IMG/VR virus record: IMGVR_UViG_2778261247_000008
Length of the DNA: 21,832 nt
Source of the DNA: a virus
Lineage: Duplodnaviria > Heunggongvirae > Uroviricota > Caudoviricetes
Direction: 5' to 3' (one strand)
A model generated the notes under the pieces. The model was not told where the DNA came from. It searched no databases and worked only from the letters and a program-made list of their open reading frames with translations. The translations under genes and the position numbers were made by a program. Positions 15,101-21,832 of this stretch are shown here, piece after piece (position 1 is the stretch's first letter; each line of letters opens with the position of its first letter).

Positions 15101-16163
15101 TGAAGAACAAGCAAAACTTGTCCGCTGGGATATTGAGAACGAACTGAAACTACCGGTTGAAGAAGGCACGCTGAAATTCTATTTCGATGGTGCTCGAGAC
15201 AAAGTTCGCCGCTATGAAACAATGCTTTTAGATGAGGTAACAGCTCGTCGTTACGACCGGGAAGAAGCAGCCATCAATTTTACCTACGCATACCGTCAGG
15301 CGGGACAGTGGCAATATTTTGTAGTGACCGCGATGACTCGCGAGCAGGCTGATGATGTCTTTAAAACTAAATTCCCTGGAATAATCGACTACAAGGTAAA
15401 AGCTACTCCTACTGTTGAAGTCGGGGCGCGCGGTTTCTATGCGCTTAAATCAGCAACTCTCCGGCAGTACTTTATCGACTGCGGTATCAACCCTGAGACT
15501 ATGACCGGCGAGGCGACTCAGGAGCGTCTCAAATTCGCTCGAGATAACCTCATGACAGCCGAACGCCGTGACCTGTTGAATAACGTTCTGCACATTGGTG
15601 GTTTTATGACGCCAAAAGGGAAGCCTAAAGTGCCGGAAGCGTTGTTTAAAAACATTTGCGACTCTCTTGGCCTTAAAACAGGTAAACGTCGCGGCAGAGA
15701 CGGCGATAAGCGTCCAACCTTGCGTTTTGTTGAGCCTGAATCAGCGGCATTTATGCTGGATATTCTTGTTCAGCGTCAGAAAGATGGCCTAACCCTAAAA
15801 ACGCGTAAAGCCGAGAAGACAGCCATCGAAATGGATCGCGATTTGGATCTCAATATATATATGGATGATAAAACGCGATCCACAAACGAGCAGGTTCAAA
15901 ACGCCCCTCATTCAGTAATTTCTGAGGCTTTGGCCGTATTGCCGGTGGCTGTTCCTGAGTCCTGGGCGATGAGTGCGCTTTCCGGTGAGGAGCTGGCCAC
16001 TATGTCATCATGGTCATCAGCCAGCATAGCTATGACGTTTGCATCTCTGTATCTCACAGAGTTCATGGATCACTTGTCCAGCAATGAATTGCGGCGGTTA
16101 CGAGAATACATTACCGGGAATAGCTCATGCAGCTACGAAGAGCAGGGCGCTTTCTATGGGTAA
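12168..16163 (+). CDS. repA: replication protein RepA, multidomain primase-helicase (N15 RepA-like)
   Basis: Single 1331-aa ORF with Walker A VRAGMGSGKSTGLL in the central region; size and position next to cB match N15 RepA (about 1324 aa, as recalled). Confidence 0.85.
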   Translation: MTLNDFYADRFGSDPFSLIEAARDELTELAQMAGINWSACSDNIQLNPRGGVERYSSYNKTSPEALEKSLKGRVEIYSRLEHSKGIDYPFINFVHKGSDAGSWSGFSFLFSEYRREQQRNNATVVAQPEEERARIERQAEARRRREEQKRINDLKNNQMDHERLLGWLAFHSAWEHAPAEDGSWPYAIKKGIRDVFNSCDVRRVTSHDSAKWSRGPTTYMAIPLAHLDGRYDGRIVGWQRIDKQGGKYQTSAVTSGDFVGACFVIGELKGAQNIAVTEGFATGASIWLATKKDKRFDAVVVAVSANNMVHVVEQLVNMYPAAKITCALDNDRKSATEGKGNTGLRTGYEILSKFNDVRCVYPTFEDDPQMECSDFNDLHKLRGLRETARQLFATANRLKTGTDLLSLTLNRLKTIKRDNRRTFAKELLRAVDIGMLTCPVPNSPSDLFNMFCIVLREMGLENIYRATVKDHIARRLNKKCRIAQAPRSFSERITDPNKRPQHITYKRFETSVMTDDVLKYVQSLQGIVIVRAGMGSGKSTGLLRPLMHSSERGISVAHRVSLIGGLWEMMTEGKGVKADILHYQDPGYQEMAPYASKLTICINSIVKNCWQPLMRQHDYFGFDEATQGLRAVLSGRAMENPVAVFNTLIDALARTEQHPIMVDADANDLLVDLAELAMKRREELGLPAWLQIHVIELPVDVRNRETGEPIRVFYTEKDRIMTEVVKAVSDGEKIMLATDSSTFAEDVTATLRMHFPGKKFLCVNQKNKPEPEVEAFTNQPKKMVKKYDGLIYSPSISSGVSIEQKHFDRHFGMFCGEVVPSDAVQMLRRDRTAKEFIIGFDKARAKRETDPQKIERAFAQALLATAGMNGELTDVVFDGDRISMGVANTDFTRMKIKAAAIEASARNDYASNMICIMHSDGYKVSPLATDYAANDIGKDLRKEARDIVWEQTLDLHLNTETPQESEREELLKKRALTLEEQAKLVRWDIENELKLPVEEGTLKFYFDGARDKVRRYETMLLDEVTARRYDREEAAINFTYAYRQAGQWQYFVVTAMTREQADDVFKTKFPGIIDYKVKATPTVEVGARGFYALKSATLRQYFIDCGINPETMTGEATQERLKFARDNLMTAERRDLLNNVLHIGGFMTPKGKPKVPEALFKNICDSLGLKTGKRRGRDGDKRPTLRFVEPESAAFMLDILVQRQKDGLTLKTRKAEKTAIEMDRDLDLNIYMDDKTRSTNEQVQNAPHSVISEALAVLPVAVPESWAMSALSGEELATMSSWSSASIAMTFASLYLTEFMDHLSSNELRRLREYITGNSSCSYEEQGAFYG
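12530..12545. other. sopC-like palindrome inside repA, opposite orientation (spacer GT)
   Basis: TGCGACC-GT-GGTCGCA, 7-bp arms; on the coding strand all five sites read GCGACCGUGGUCGC in the mRNA sense. Confidence 0.45.
15833..15881. other. candidate replication origin element inside the 3' part of repA
   Basis: GGATCGCG ... CGCGATCC inverted repeat flanking an AT-rich core (ATTTGGATCTCAATATATATATGGATGATAAAA) with GATC sites; N15 ori is reported inside the 3' region of repA (recalled). Confidence 0.3.
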
Positions 16164-16347
16164 TCAGTGGATATTATCTTTGTGTCTCTTGCTTTGTGTG
16201 TTCCAGCAATGGTTTTGGTTCATAGATCGAAAGTCTCACAAGGAAAACATGAAGGCCAGGAAGGCGATGTTTCGTGGTGAACAACTCGCGCAGACTTATC
16301 GTATGTGGAAACGCTTCTATCGTGATTTTTCGGTGAACGGGGAGTAA
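16156..16347 (+). CDS. small hydrophobic/basic protein (63 aa), start overlapping repA stop
   Basis: MGNQWILSLCLLLCVFQQWFWFIDRKSHK...; ATG at 16156 overlaps the repA TAA. Confidence 0.35.
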   Translation: MGNQWILSLCLLLCVFQQWFWFIDRKSHKENMKARKAMFRGEQLAQTYRMWKRFYRDFSVNGE

Positions 16348-16351
16348 AAAT

Positions 16352-16678
16352 ATGTCTACTACTGCATTTTTGGACAAACTTGATTACCGTCAGCTGCAGT
16401 TCTGCCGGGATGAATGCGATCGACGCATTAAGGCTATCCAGGAGGAAGAAAAAAAGGTCGCCTGGGCTGTAACAGATCGTGGCCTTATCTTTGGCTGGTT
16501 CCGTACGGAGGATTACCTGAAAGCAGTGGAATTATTGGCGCGTAAGGCTGCTGAGCGTTGGGAACGAGCCGACAAGGAAAACCCGGAGACGAAGTATGAA
16601 CTGAATCTCTACATCGAGGGCAACCGTCTACCATTGTCAGAGTATAACGCTTTGTTTGCTGATGGTGAGTGGGGTTAA
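16352..16678 (+). CDS. hypothetical protein (108 aa)
   Basis: GGGGAG RBS 7 nt upstream of ATG. Confidence 0.5.
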   Translation: MSTTAFLDKLDYRQLQFCRDECDRRIKAIQEEEKKVAWAVTDRGLIFGWFRTEDYLKAVELLARKAAERWERADKENPETKYELNLYIEGNRLPLSEYNALFADGEWG

Positions 16679-16680
16679 AA

Positions 16681-17076
16681 ATGGCTTTTCAATCATACAA
16701 ATACGAATCCCCTTTGGATAAGGGATACATTCGTATCAAGTTAAGTCGTTCTCAGCATAAGGCTATTTTTAAGGTAAGGAAAATTCGCATATTGGATGCG
16801 TATGCGTATTACTACAACGGTGAAAATGTTGTTGTTGAACACTTTCTTGCACGATGGTTTGTAGCTCTGATTTTTGTCCCTCTCCTGTTAATTGGTACTT
16901 TTGTGGATGGTTTTCCTAGTACATGGCGGGAGATAAAGAAAGGCCTATTCCCGCGTAAGTACGGCAGATTTTCGCAAGATAGCTGGCGAGTTATACCTGG
17001 TAAACATTCTGTGGATGAGCAGCCGATTGTTGATTCCTGGTTGAAGCGTATGGCTGATGCTAAAAAAGTTGATTGA
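16681..17076 (+). CDS. hypothetical membrane protein (131 aa)
   Basis: ATG at 16681 just after the upstream stop; one TM segment (FVALIFVPLLLIGTFV). Track ORF starts at an upstream GTG. Confidence 0.45.
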   Translation: MAFQSYKYESPLDKGYIRIKLSRSQHKAIFKVRKIRILDAYAYYYNGENVVVEHFLARWFVALIFVPLLLIGTFVDGFPSTWREIKKGLFPRKYGRFSQDSWRVIPGKHSVDEQPIVDSWLKRMADAKKVD

Positions 17077-17165
17077 ATAGTGATGACTGTTCAAGTTAAA
17101 CCGTTCTCGGCATATTTTATTTAATGGAATAATACATTATTAATCAAAGAGGTTAAGTTAATATT

Positions 17166-17978
17166 ATGCGTAACAAAAAAACAACAGCTTTATTACTCTC
17201 TCTCTTGTTATTATCTGGATGCACTTATCAATATGATAATAAGGCATCAACGGACGTTGAGTATAAATTCGAAAAAGAAAAAAGAGTACCTATCAACTCT
17301 GTTGGTGATTTTAGCAGCAAAATACTCACAGGTAAGGAATTTAATAGAATTATTGCATCAAAGATAGATGATGGTTCATGGCGTGGATATATCGTTCACT
17401 CATTAACATACGCGCCATACAACAACGTTTTAACATCTCAAGGTTTGTCTATCCCTAGAAGTATCACATACTCAGGAACATATCTTAACCGTGATTTTGT
17501 TGAGAATAGCGGTAGTGATAGCGTGATAACTTCTCGAGATATGTCTGGATGGTATGGTTTTCATGTTGGTTCTTCTGAAATAACAACGCATGGAAACTAT
17601 GTTGGCGTGAATGCTTTGGGAATATCTGCTGATGTAGAAGTGTTAAACACTTTAGGTGCTGAAATTATCTTTGGCAGCACACAAATAAATAAAGAAAATC
17701 CTGAAACAATATGGGCAGATATTGATATAAAAGGACAAATCCCAAAAGATGTTAATGTAAAAGACCTTAGAATTGAATATTTAGCAAAGATAAATGGGTT
17801 AAGCAGTAATCATATTGATGTAACATCACCTACTATTTTTAACCCGTCAGATATGAGCCATAAAACTCAGGTTTTTATGGGTGAGTTATTAGCAGCACGC
17901 CTGATAAATTTTAAAACGGGAGAAATTTACCCAGTACAGTTAGAGTGGGTGTTCCGTTCGCGTGAGGCTTTCTTATAA
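17166..17978 (+). CDS. lipoprotein (270 aa), AT-rich moron-like gene
   Basis: AAGAGG RBS; signal peptide with lipobox MRNKKTTALLLSLLLLSGC; visibly more AT-rich than its flanks. Confidence 0.65.
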   Translation: MRNKKTTALLLSLLLLSGCTYQYDNKASTDVEYKFEKEKRVPINSVGDFSSKILTGKEFNRIIASKIDDGSWRGYIVHSLTYAPYNNVLTSQGLSIPRSITYSGTYLNRDFVENSGSDSVITSRDMSGWYGFHVGSSEITTHGNYVGVNALGISADVEVLNTLGAEIIFGSTQINKENPETIWADIDIKGQIPKDVNVKDLRIEYLAKINGLSSNHIDVTSPTIFNPSDMSHKTQVFMGELLAARLINFKTGEIYPVQLEWVFRSREAFL

Positions 17979-18039
17979 CGGAACAATAACATTGTTCATG
18001 TTGTGATCAGTTGTTCAAGCAAACTATAAAAACACCTGT

Positions 18040-18073
18040 CCCCGTGACTGGTCACGGGGTAAAATGCTTTTTC
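18040..18073 (+). terminator. GC-rich palindrome followed by a T-run; terminator or protein-binding site downstream of the lipoprotein gene
   Basis: CCCCGTGAC-TG-GTCACGGGG then TAAAATGCTTTTT. Confidence 0.4.
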
Positions 18074-18079
18074 AAATTA

Positions 18080-18109
18080 TTGACGTGTGCGTCGTTTTGA
18101 CGGTAAAGT
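18080..18109 (+). promoter_or_regulatory. candidate promoter of the ant-operon leader
   Basis: TTGACG, 18-nt spacer, TAAAGT. Confidence 0.3.
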
Positions 18110-18116
18110 TACTCCG

Positions 18117-18190
18117 CTGCGGCAAATTCCGCAGCCGGGCGTGAGAACCCGGATAAACGAAGCGCACAACACGCGCCAGCGTGTTTTTTT
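18117..18190 (+). ncRNA. candidate c4-like small regulatory RNA / attenuator transcript in the ant-operon leader
   Basis: Two stem-loops (CTGCGG-CAAATT-CCGCAG; CCGGG-CGTGAGAA-CCCGG) followed by an intrinsic terminator (AACACGC-GCCA-GCGTGTT plus T-run). Loop GUGAGAA is complementary to UUCUCAC at 18275..18281 in the downstream leader. Confidence 0.35.
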
Positions 18191-18356
18191 GTGTGTATAT
18201 ACCTGCGCATATCCGATTTATGGTGGCTCAGGCGGGGCTGACTTCGGTCAGGCCGGTTTCTTCGTTTGCCGGTATTCTCACCCCCGCTTGGGCTACCACC
18301 ATTCAAGAGCGTGAGAACTCTGGTGGTAGCACGACCAATTAAACGGAGTGCATACC

Positions 18357-18521
18357 ATGTTCAAATTCAAATTTGCGGCAGTCGTTCGCACAGACAAAAA
18401 GTCACACATCCATCATCTTTCCACCATCGCGTCATCTGAACGGGAAGCTCGTCGCCAGTTCGCCAGCCGGTTTGTCCTGGTATTGTCTGCCCGTATTCCG
18501 GTGCGCGAGGTGGCTGCATGA
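18357..18521 (+). CDS. small protein (54 aa), first gene of the ant operon; possibly Icd-like
   Basis: MFKFKFAAVVRTDKKSHIHHLSTIASSEREARRQFASRFVLVLSARIPVREVAA; GGAG RBS; ATGA overlap with the next ORF. Not in the ORF track (under 60 aa). Confidence 0.4.
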   Translation: MFKFKFAAVVRTDKKSHIHHLSTIASSEREARRQFASRFVLVLSARIPVREVAA

Positions 18522-18748
18522 ATCAGGTAAAAATGAACACTGTTGGCCTGCTGGAATCGTTGGATGAACGTCTGGATCAGGTCTATGCGCTCGTATCATC
18601 AGCCCATCGGACAGTCTCCAGCTGTGAGGCGTCGATTTATCTCTCAGAAGCAGGGAAACTCCTTCAAATTGCGTGTGAGTTAACACACGAAGCACAGGGG
18701 TATTCAGCATCGCTCTCGTCGCAATTGCTAGGCAAGGAGGCTGAATGA
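18518..18748 (+). CDS. hypothetical protein (76 aa), translationally coupled between the small ORF and ant
   Basis: ATGA overlaps at both ends. Confidence 0.45.
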   Translation: MNQVKMNTVGLLESLDERLDQVYALVSSAHRTVSSCEASIYLSEAGKLLQIACELTHEAQGYSASLSSQLLGKEAE

Positions 18749-19530
18749 GCGCGTTAGCAGTTTTTTCCTTTCAGGATGAGCATCAGATACGTGTAGTGAT
18801 GATTAACGGCGAACCGTGGTTTATTGCTGCTGATATTTGCCGTGCTTTAGGTATAGGGAATCCGACAAAAGCTATAAAAAACTTAGATCATGATGAAGTA
18901 GCCCTTACTTCAATTCAGGGCTTAAGTCGAGGTAATGATAAAGCGAATATTGTCAATGAATCAGGTCTATACACCCTGATCCTCCGCTGCCGTGACGCTG
19001 TAAAACAGGGCACGACCGCGTGGCGTTTTCGTAAATGGGTAACGAACGAGGTCTTGCCCTCTATTCGCAAGAATGGAGAGTACGTTTACGTCGAGCCTGA
19101 GCCAATGCGAGCAGCGGAGCCGTTGAACTGGAGGCAGAAGGAGTATCTGCGAGGGCTGATTAACGATATTGCACAAAGTTTTCAATACCGAAATGCCTGG
19201 ATTAGTGGTGTATGGTTGGCTTTGCGTCGGGCGTGTCGTAATCCATCCCCGAACCCCATAACGGTTGATGATTTGCCAGCAATTACGGCAGAACTGCGCC
19301 GGATTTTGACGGCTGCTGAGTCGGCATTGGGGAACATGCGTACGTATGAACGAGAGTTGTTGCGTGATGTCGTTCGTGGGGGTAGGCGGAGTATGTCGTG
19401 TGGTGATTTGCCCATCACCGATATTAACTCTGATCTGGAAAAGGCGTTACCCGCGCATTTTGAACTGGCAGTTCAAAAACTTGAGCAGTTATCCGCGCAG
19501 TTAAAGCCAGCAGAAATCACTAATAAATAG
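18745..19530 (+). CDS. ant: antirepressor with N-terminal BRO-N/Ant domain
   Basis: N-terminal pattern FSFQDEHQIRVVMINGEPWFIAADICRALGIGNPTKAIKNLDHDE is typical of the Bro-N antirepressor domain. Confidence 0.7.
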   Translation: MSALAVFSFQDEHQIRVVMINGEPWFIAADICRALGIGNPTKAIKNLDHDEVALTSIQGLSRGNDKANIVNESGLYTLILRCRDAVKQGTTAWRFRKWVTNEVLPSIRKNGEYVYVEPEPMRAAEPLNWRQKEYLRGLINDIAQSFQYRNAWISGVWLALRRACRNPSPNPITVDDLPAITAELRRILTAAESALGNMRTYERELLRDVVRGGRRSMSCGDLPITDINSDLEKALPAHFELAVQKLEQLSAQLKPAEITNK

Positions 19531-19666
19531 GGTTGACCAGCCCGAATTTATGCCCTTCTTAGAGAAGGGAAGCCTCGCAGTCGGGGCGGTGATGTCTGTG
19601 GTTGCAGCCGCGTTTCCTCCGTTACTTCTGCCCTTTGCAGGGGGCAGGCGAGGTAGGTCACACAAC

Positions 19667-19690
19667 AAGGCACCGTTAATTCGGTGCCTT
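19667..19690. terminator. hairpin between convergent ant and telN (bidirectional terminator candidate)
   Basis: AAGGCACCG-TTAATT-CGGTGCCTT, 9-bp stem, followed on the plus strand by TACTGTATGCTTT. Confidence 0.5.
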
Positions 19691-19701
19691 TACTGTATGC
19701 T

Positions 19702-21603
19702 TTAACCGAAATATGTCAGCCATGCTAACTGCATTGCTGACATGGGGCTGTTTGCACTGCCGGACCACGCATAATTCTGGCCATTATAATGAAACTCAAC
19801 AACGTATGAGCCATCACCAATATTTCTCACCGGCTTAAATACCGGCTTAGATACAGGCGAAGAAGGTGCAGGCGGTTGCTGTTCTTCTACGCTCTCTTCC
19901 TCTTCCTCTTCCTCTTCCTCTATCTCAATTTCGTCGTCATCCAGATCGTCATCCTCTGATAATTCATCCGCCAGTTCAGGTATTGCTTCCTGTTCTTCTT
20001 CGTCAGGCATAACGATTTCTGGAGTATCTATTTTCAGTTGCCATTGTCCGTTTTCGCCAACAAATTGCCCCAGAGCATCAGCAGCAAATTCCAGGTATCG
20101 ACTAATCATTGTTGGGCTAAATTTGAACGCTCTTAGAGTGCTGTTCGTGATTTTTATAGAGGGGTCCTGCTCTACCAGCTGCTTAACTGTGTTATGCAGA
20201 CGAACCCCGGCATCTCCTCTGGCGAATCCAGGCATTTCGTCATCAAGCTGCTGCAATGCTTCCAGCCTGGTATTTTCGTTTCCAGTATTTGGCCTCCATG
20301 TCTTTGAGAAGTTGGCCAGCTTGAATTGCTTATAGTGTAATTGAGTGTTTTCATCGTCATGGCCTAAAATTTCCATAAAGAAAACATCTTCATCTACATT
20401 TTTCCAACGGGGATCTACGCGGAAAAACATTTCATACGCAATGCGGGCATAAATAGCACGACTATCTTTATAAACACGGCGGTCATCTTTGAAAAATGAT
20501 TTAACCCAGGGGTTAAAAGCCTTTGCTAATATGGCATTAATACGTCCGTTTTCAGACCGTGTATCGTTATCTCCATAACCTTTAACGACATCATCAAAAT
20601 CAGATGCTGCTGGGCATGAGCGAAGTACATTTATTAAATAAACAAATGTTTTTGCCTCACATAATGTATATATTTTTCTGGTTATATCATCAGCAGTTCT
20701 TTTTTTAGCTTGACCTAAAAAATCAACGGTATACTTACCAGAAACAGTAAATGTACCTTGATACATAATCTCAATCATTCGTCTTCCTGACAATGCAGCA
20801 AGTGCAAATGCCAAAGGAGCCATACCTGAACGAGTGTTTAGATTATTTAATGTAGCAGGGCTATTTATAATATCGTAAATAGCTTGCATATATTTAGGGT
20901 AGTCAATGACCACTACGTTACGTTTCTTATTGTGTAGAACGTCCGCCCATCGTTGCTGGATAGATGCGCGTTCTGCAGGGCTTAGTTGGAGATGATAGAG
21001 AATCTCATGGTTAACCTTTAGCTGATTCAACTCCTCAAGCAAGGCAGACCCCTGCTGTAGTAATTTATATAAATAATCGCGCTTATCTTTCCAGTTATCA
21101 CTAATTAAATCAGAAATGGCAAATTGCCACTCTTTATATTTATTTGATAATTTTATTAACTTATTATTACTTTTATTATCACCAATTCTGATATTAGATA
21201 AATCTTCGGACAGAGGAATAATTAATTTTAACTTTGCCTGTAAAGCTGACATTCTCCGGCGAATATCGGCAGCAGGTAGAGAAAGCCATGACAATAGCTC
21301 CTCATTATATAAAGGATACTTTTCAGATAGGCGATATATATTTTTTTCAAAACTATGATGAAGTTTATCATCAAACCGTTTTCTGGCCCTGCTCATATAG
21401 GCATTGAATGTGTTGGCTGTAATTCTTTTTTCTAATCCTTTCCCCCGAAACTTTCGCTTGTCATTAAATAATGCATTTTTAAATTTTAATGCAACGGCCT
21501 TTATTTTTTTTGTTTTCTCCCCTTGAGGACGATCAGAGTTATCTATTGACTCAACATCGCTAACAAGTGAGTTTATTAATTCACCGATTTTTACTTTGCT
21601 CAT
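19702..21603 (-). CDS. telN: protelomerase (telomere resolvase) TelN
   Basis: 633 aa; N-terminus MSKVKIGELINSLV...NALFNDKRKFRGKGLEKRITANTFNAYMSRARKRFDDKLHHSF and C-terminus ...GDGSYVVEFHYNGQNYAWSG match N15 TelN (about 631 aa) as recalled. AGGAG RBS; telRL-like palindrome about 150 bp upstream. Confidence 0.9.
   Translation of the reverse strand: MSKVKIGELINSLVSDVESIDNSDRPQGEKTKKIKAVALKFKNALFNDKRKFRGKGLEKRITANTFNAYMSRARKRFDDKLHHSFEKNIYRLSEKYPLYNEELLSWLSLPAADIRRRMSALQAKLKLIIPLSEDLSNIRIGDNKSNNKLIKLSNKYKEWQFAISDLISDNWKDKRDYLYKLLQQGSALLEELNQLKVNHEILYHLQLSPAERASIQQRWADVLHNKKRNVVVIDYPKYMQAIYDIINSPATLNNLNTRSGMAPLAFALAALSGRRMIEIMYQGTFTVSGKYTVDFLGQAKKRTADDITRKIYTLCEAKTFVYLINVLRSCPAASDFDDVVKGYGDNDTRSENGRINAILAKAFNPWVKSFFKDDRRVYKDSRAIYARIAYEMFFRVDPRWKNVDEDVFFMEILGHDDENTQLHYKQFKLANFSKTWRPNTGNENTRLEALQQLDDEMPGFARGDAGVRLHNTVKQLVEQDPSIKITNSTLRAFKFSPTMISRYLEFAADALGQFVGENGQWQLKIDTPEIVMPDEEEQEAIPELADELSEDDDLDDDEIEIEEEEEEEEESVEEQQPPAPSSPVSKPVFKPVRNIGDGSYVVEFHYNGQNYAWSGSANSPMSAMQLAWLTYFG
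19893..19920. repeat. hexanucleotide tandem repeat (TCTTCC)x4 inside telN, encoding a poly-Glu run
   Basis: Four perfect TCTTCC units on the plus strand = (GGAAGA)n on the coding strand = EEEEEEEEE in the acidic linker. Confidence 0.85.
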
Positions 21604-21756
21604 CTTTCTTCTCCTGATTATCCGCTCGGATTATCGTAACACAATTTGAGAATAAGATAACCAATAACGAGTTAACTTACCCACAAAACAACAGAACACA
21701 ATACCAGATTGTAAAAAATAACACAATACAGGAACGTGGAAATTTGTTCCTTGACT

Positions 21757-21832
21757 TTGTTCTGATGATCAGCACATAATTACCCATTATACGCGCGTAT
21801 AATGGGTAATTATGTGCTGATCATCAGAACAA
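21757..21832. other. telRL-like telomere resolution site: 76-bp perfect palindrome abutting the window end
   Basis: TTGTTCTGATGATCAGCACATAATTACCCATTATACGC|GCGTATAATGGGTAATTATGTGCTGATCATCAGAACAA; the central CCATTATACGCGCGTATAATGG is identical to the N15 telO core as recalled. Confidence 0.8.

Noticed and set aside
12471-15222. Multiple minus-strand ORFs inside repA
   Set aside because: Nested antisense within a 1331-aa gene that has a Walker A motif, with no RBS.
18357-18750. LexA box upstream of the BRO-N ant gene
   Set aside because: Scanned for CTGT-N8-ACAG and found only wrong-orientation or mismatched candidates; the only consensus LexA box seen is at 7239..7258.
20123-21358. Plus-strand ORFs inside telN
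   Set aside because: Antisense to a well-supported protelomerase gene.
21623-21640. lacO-like GAGCGGATAAT motif upstream of telN
   Set aside because: It is a mirror repeat, not a dyad, with only partial resemblance; judged coincidental.

Overview
This window reads as the right arm of an N15-like linear plasmid-prophage (a 'telomere phage') from an enterobacterium; all protein and site identifications are from reading the sequence and recalling known families, with no database search. Read on the minus strand from high to low coordinates, it runs from a 76-bp perfect palindrome resembling the N15 telomere-resolution site telRL (21757..21832, touching the window edge), through protelomerase telN, a convergent P1-like ant operon with a c4-like RNA leader, and a plus-strand block holding the cB repressor and a 1331-aa primase-helicase RepA. 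It continues through cro, a run of small late and accessory genes (a DEDDh exonuclease, a LexA-boxed small gene, an oppositely oriented HigB/HigA-like toxin-antitoxin pair), an orphan DNA methyltransferase, a phage-21-type lysis cassette (pinholin, SAR endolysin, Rz/Rz1), a lambda-like cos site, and the lambda-type terminase genes Nu1 and the 5' part of A. The most notable non-coding structure is a family of five near-identical 16-20 bp palindromes (GTGCGACC-AC-GGTCGCAC) that closely resemble the F-plasmid SopB binding repeat and are best read as dispersed partition centromere sites. Other signals are two ~175-bp direct repeats bracketing a gene next to cos, a consensus LexA box in front of a 67-aa gene, a promoter/short-hairpin/terminator module upstream of the methylase-lysis operon, and a stem-loop-rich leader with a ~74-nt terminated RNA upstream of the ant operon. 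No rRNA, tRNA, CRISPR array or transposase was seen. Hand-derived coordinates for non-ORF elements may be off by 1-2 bp.
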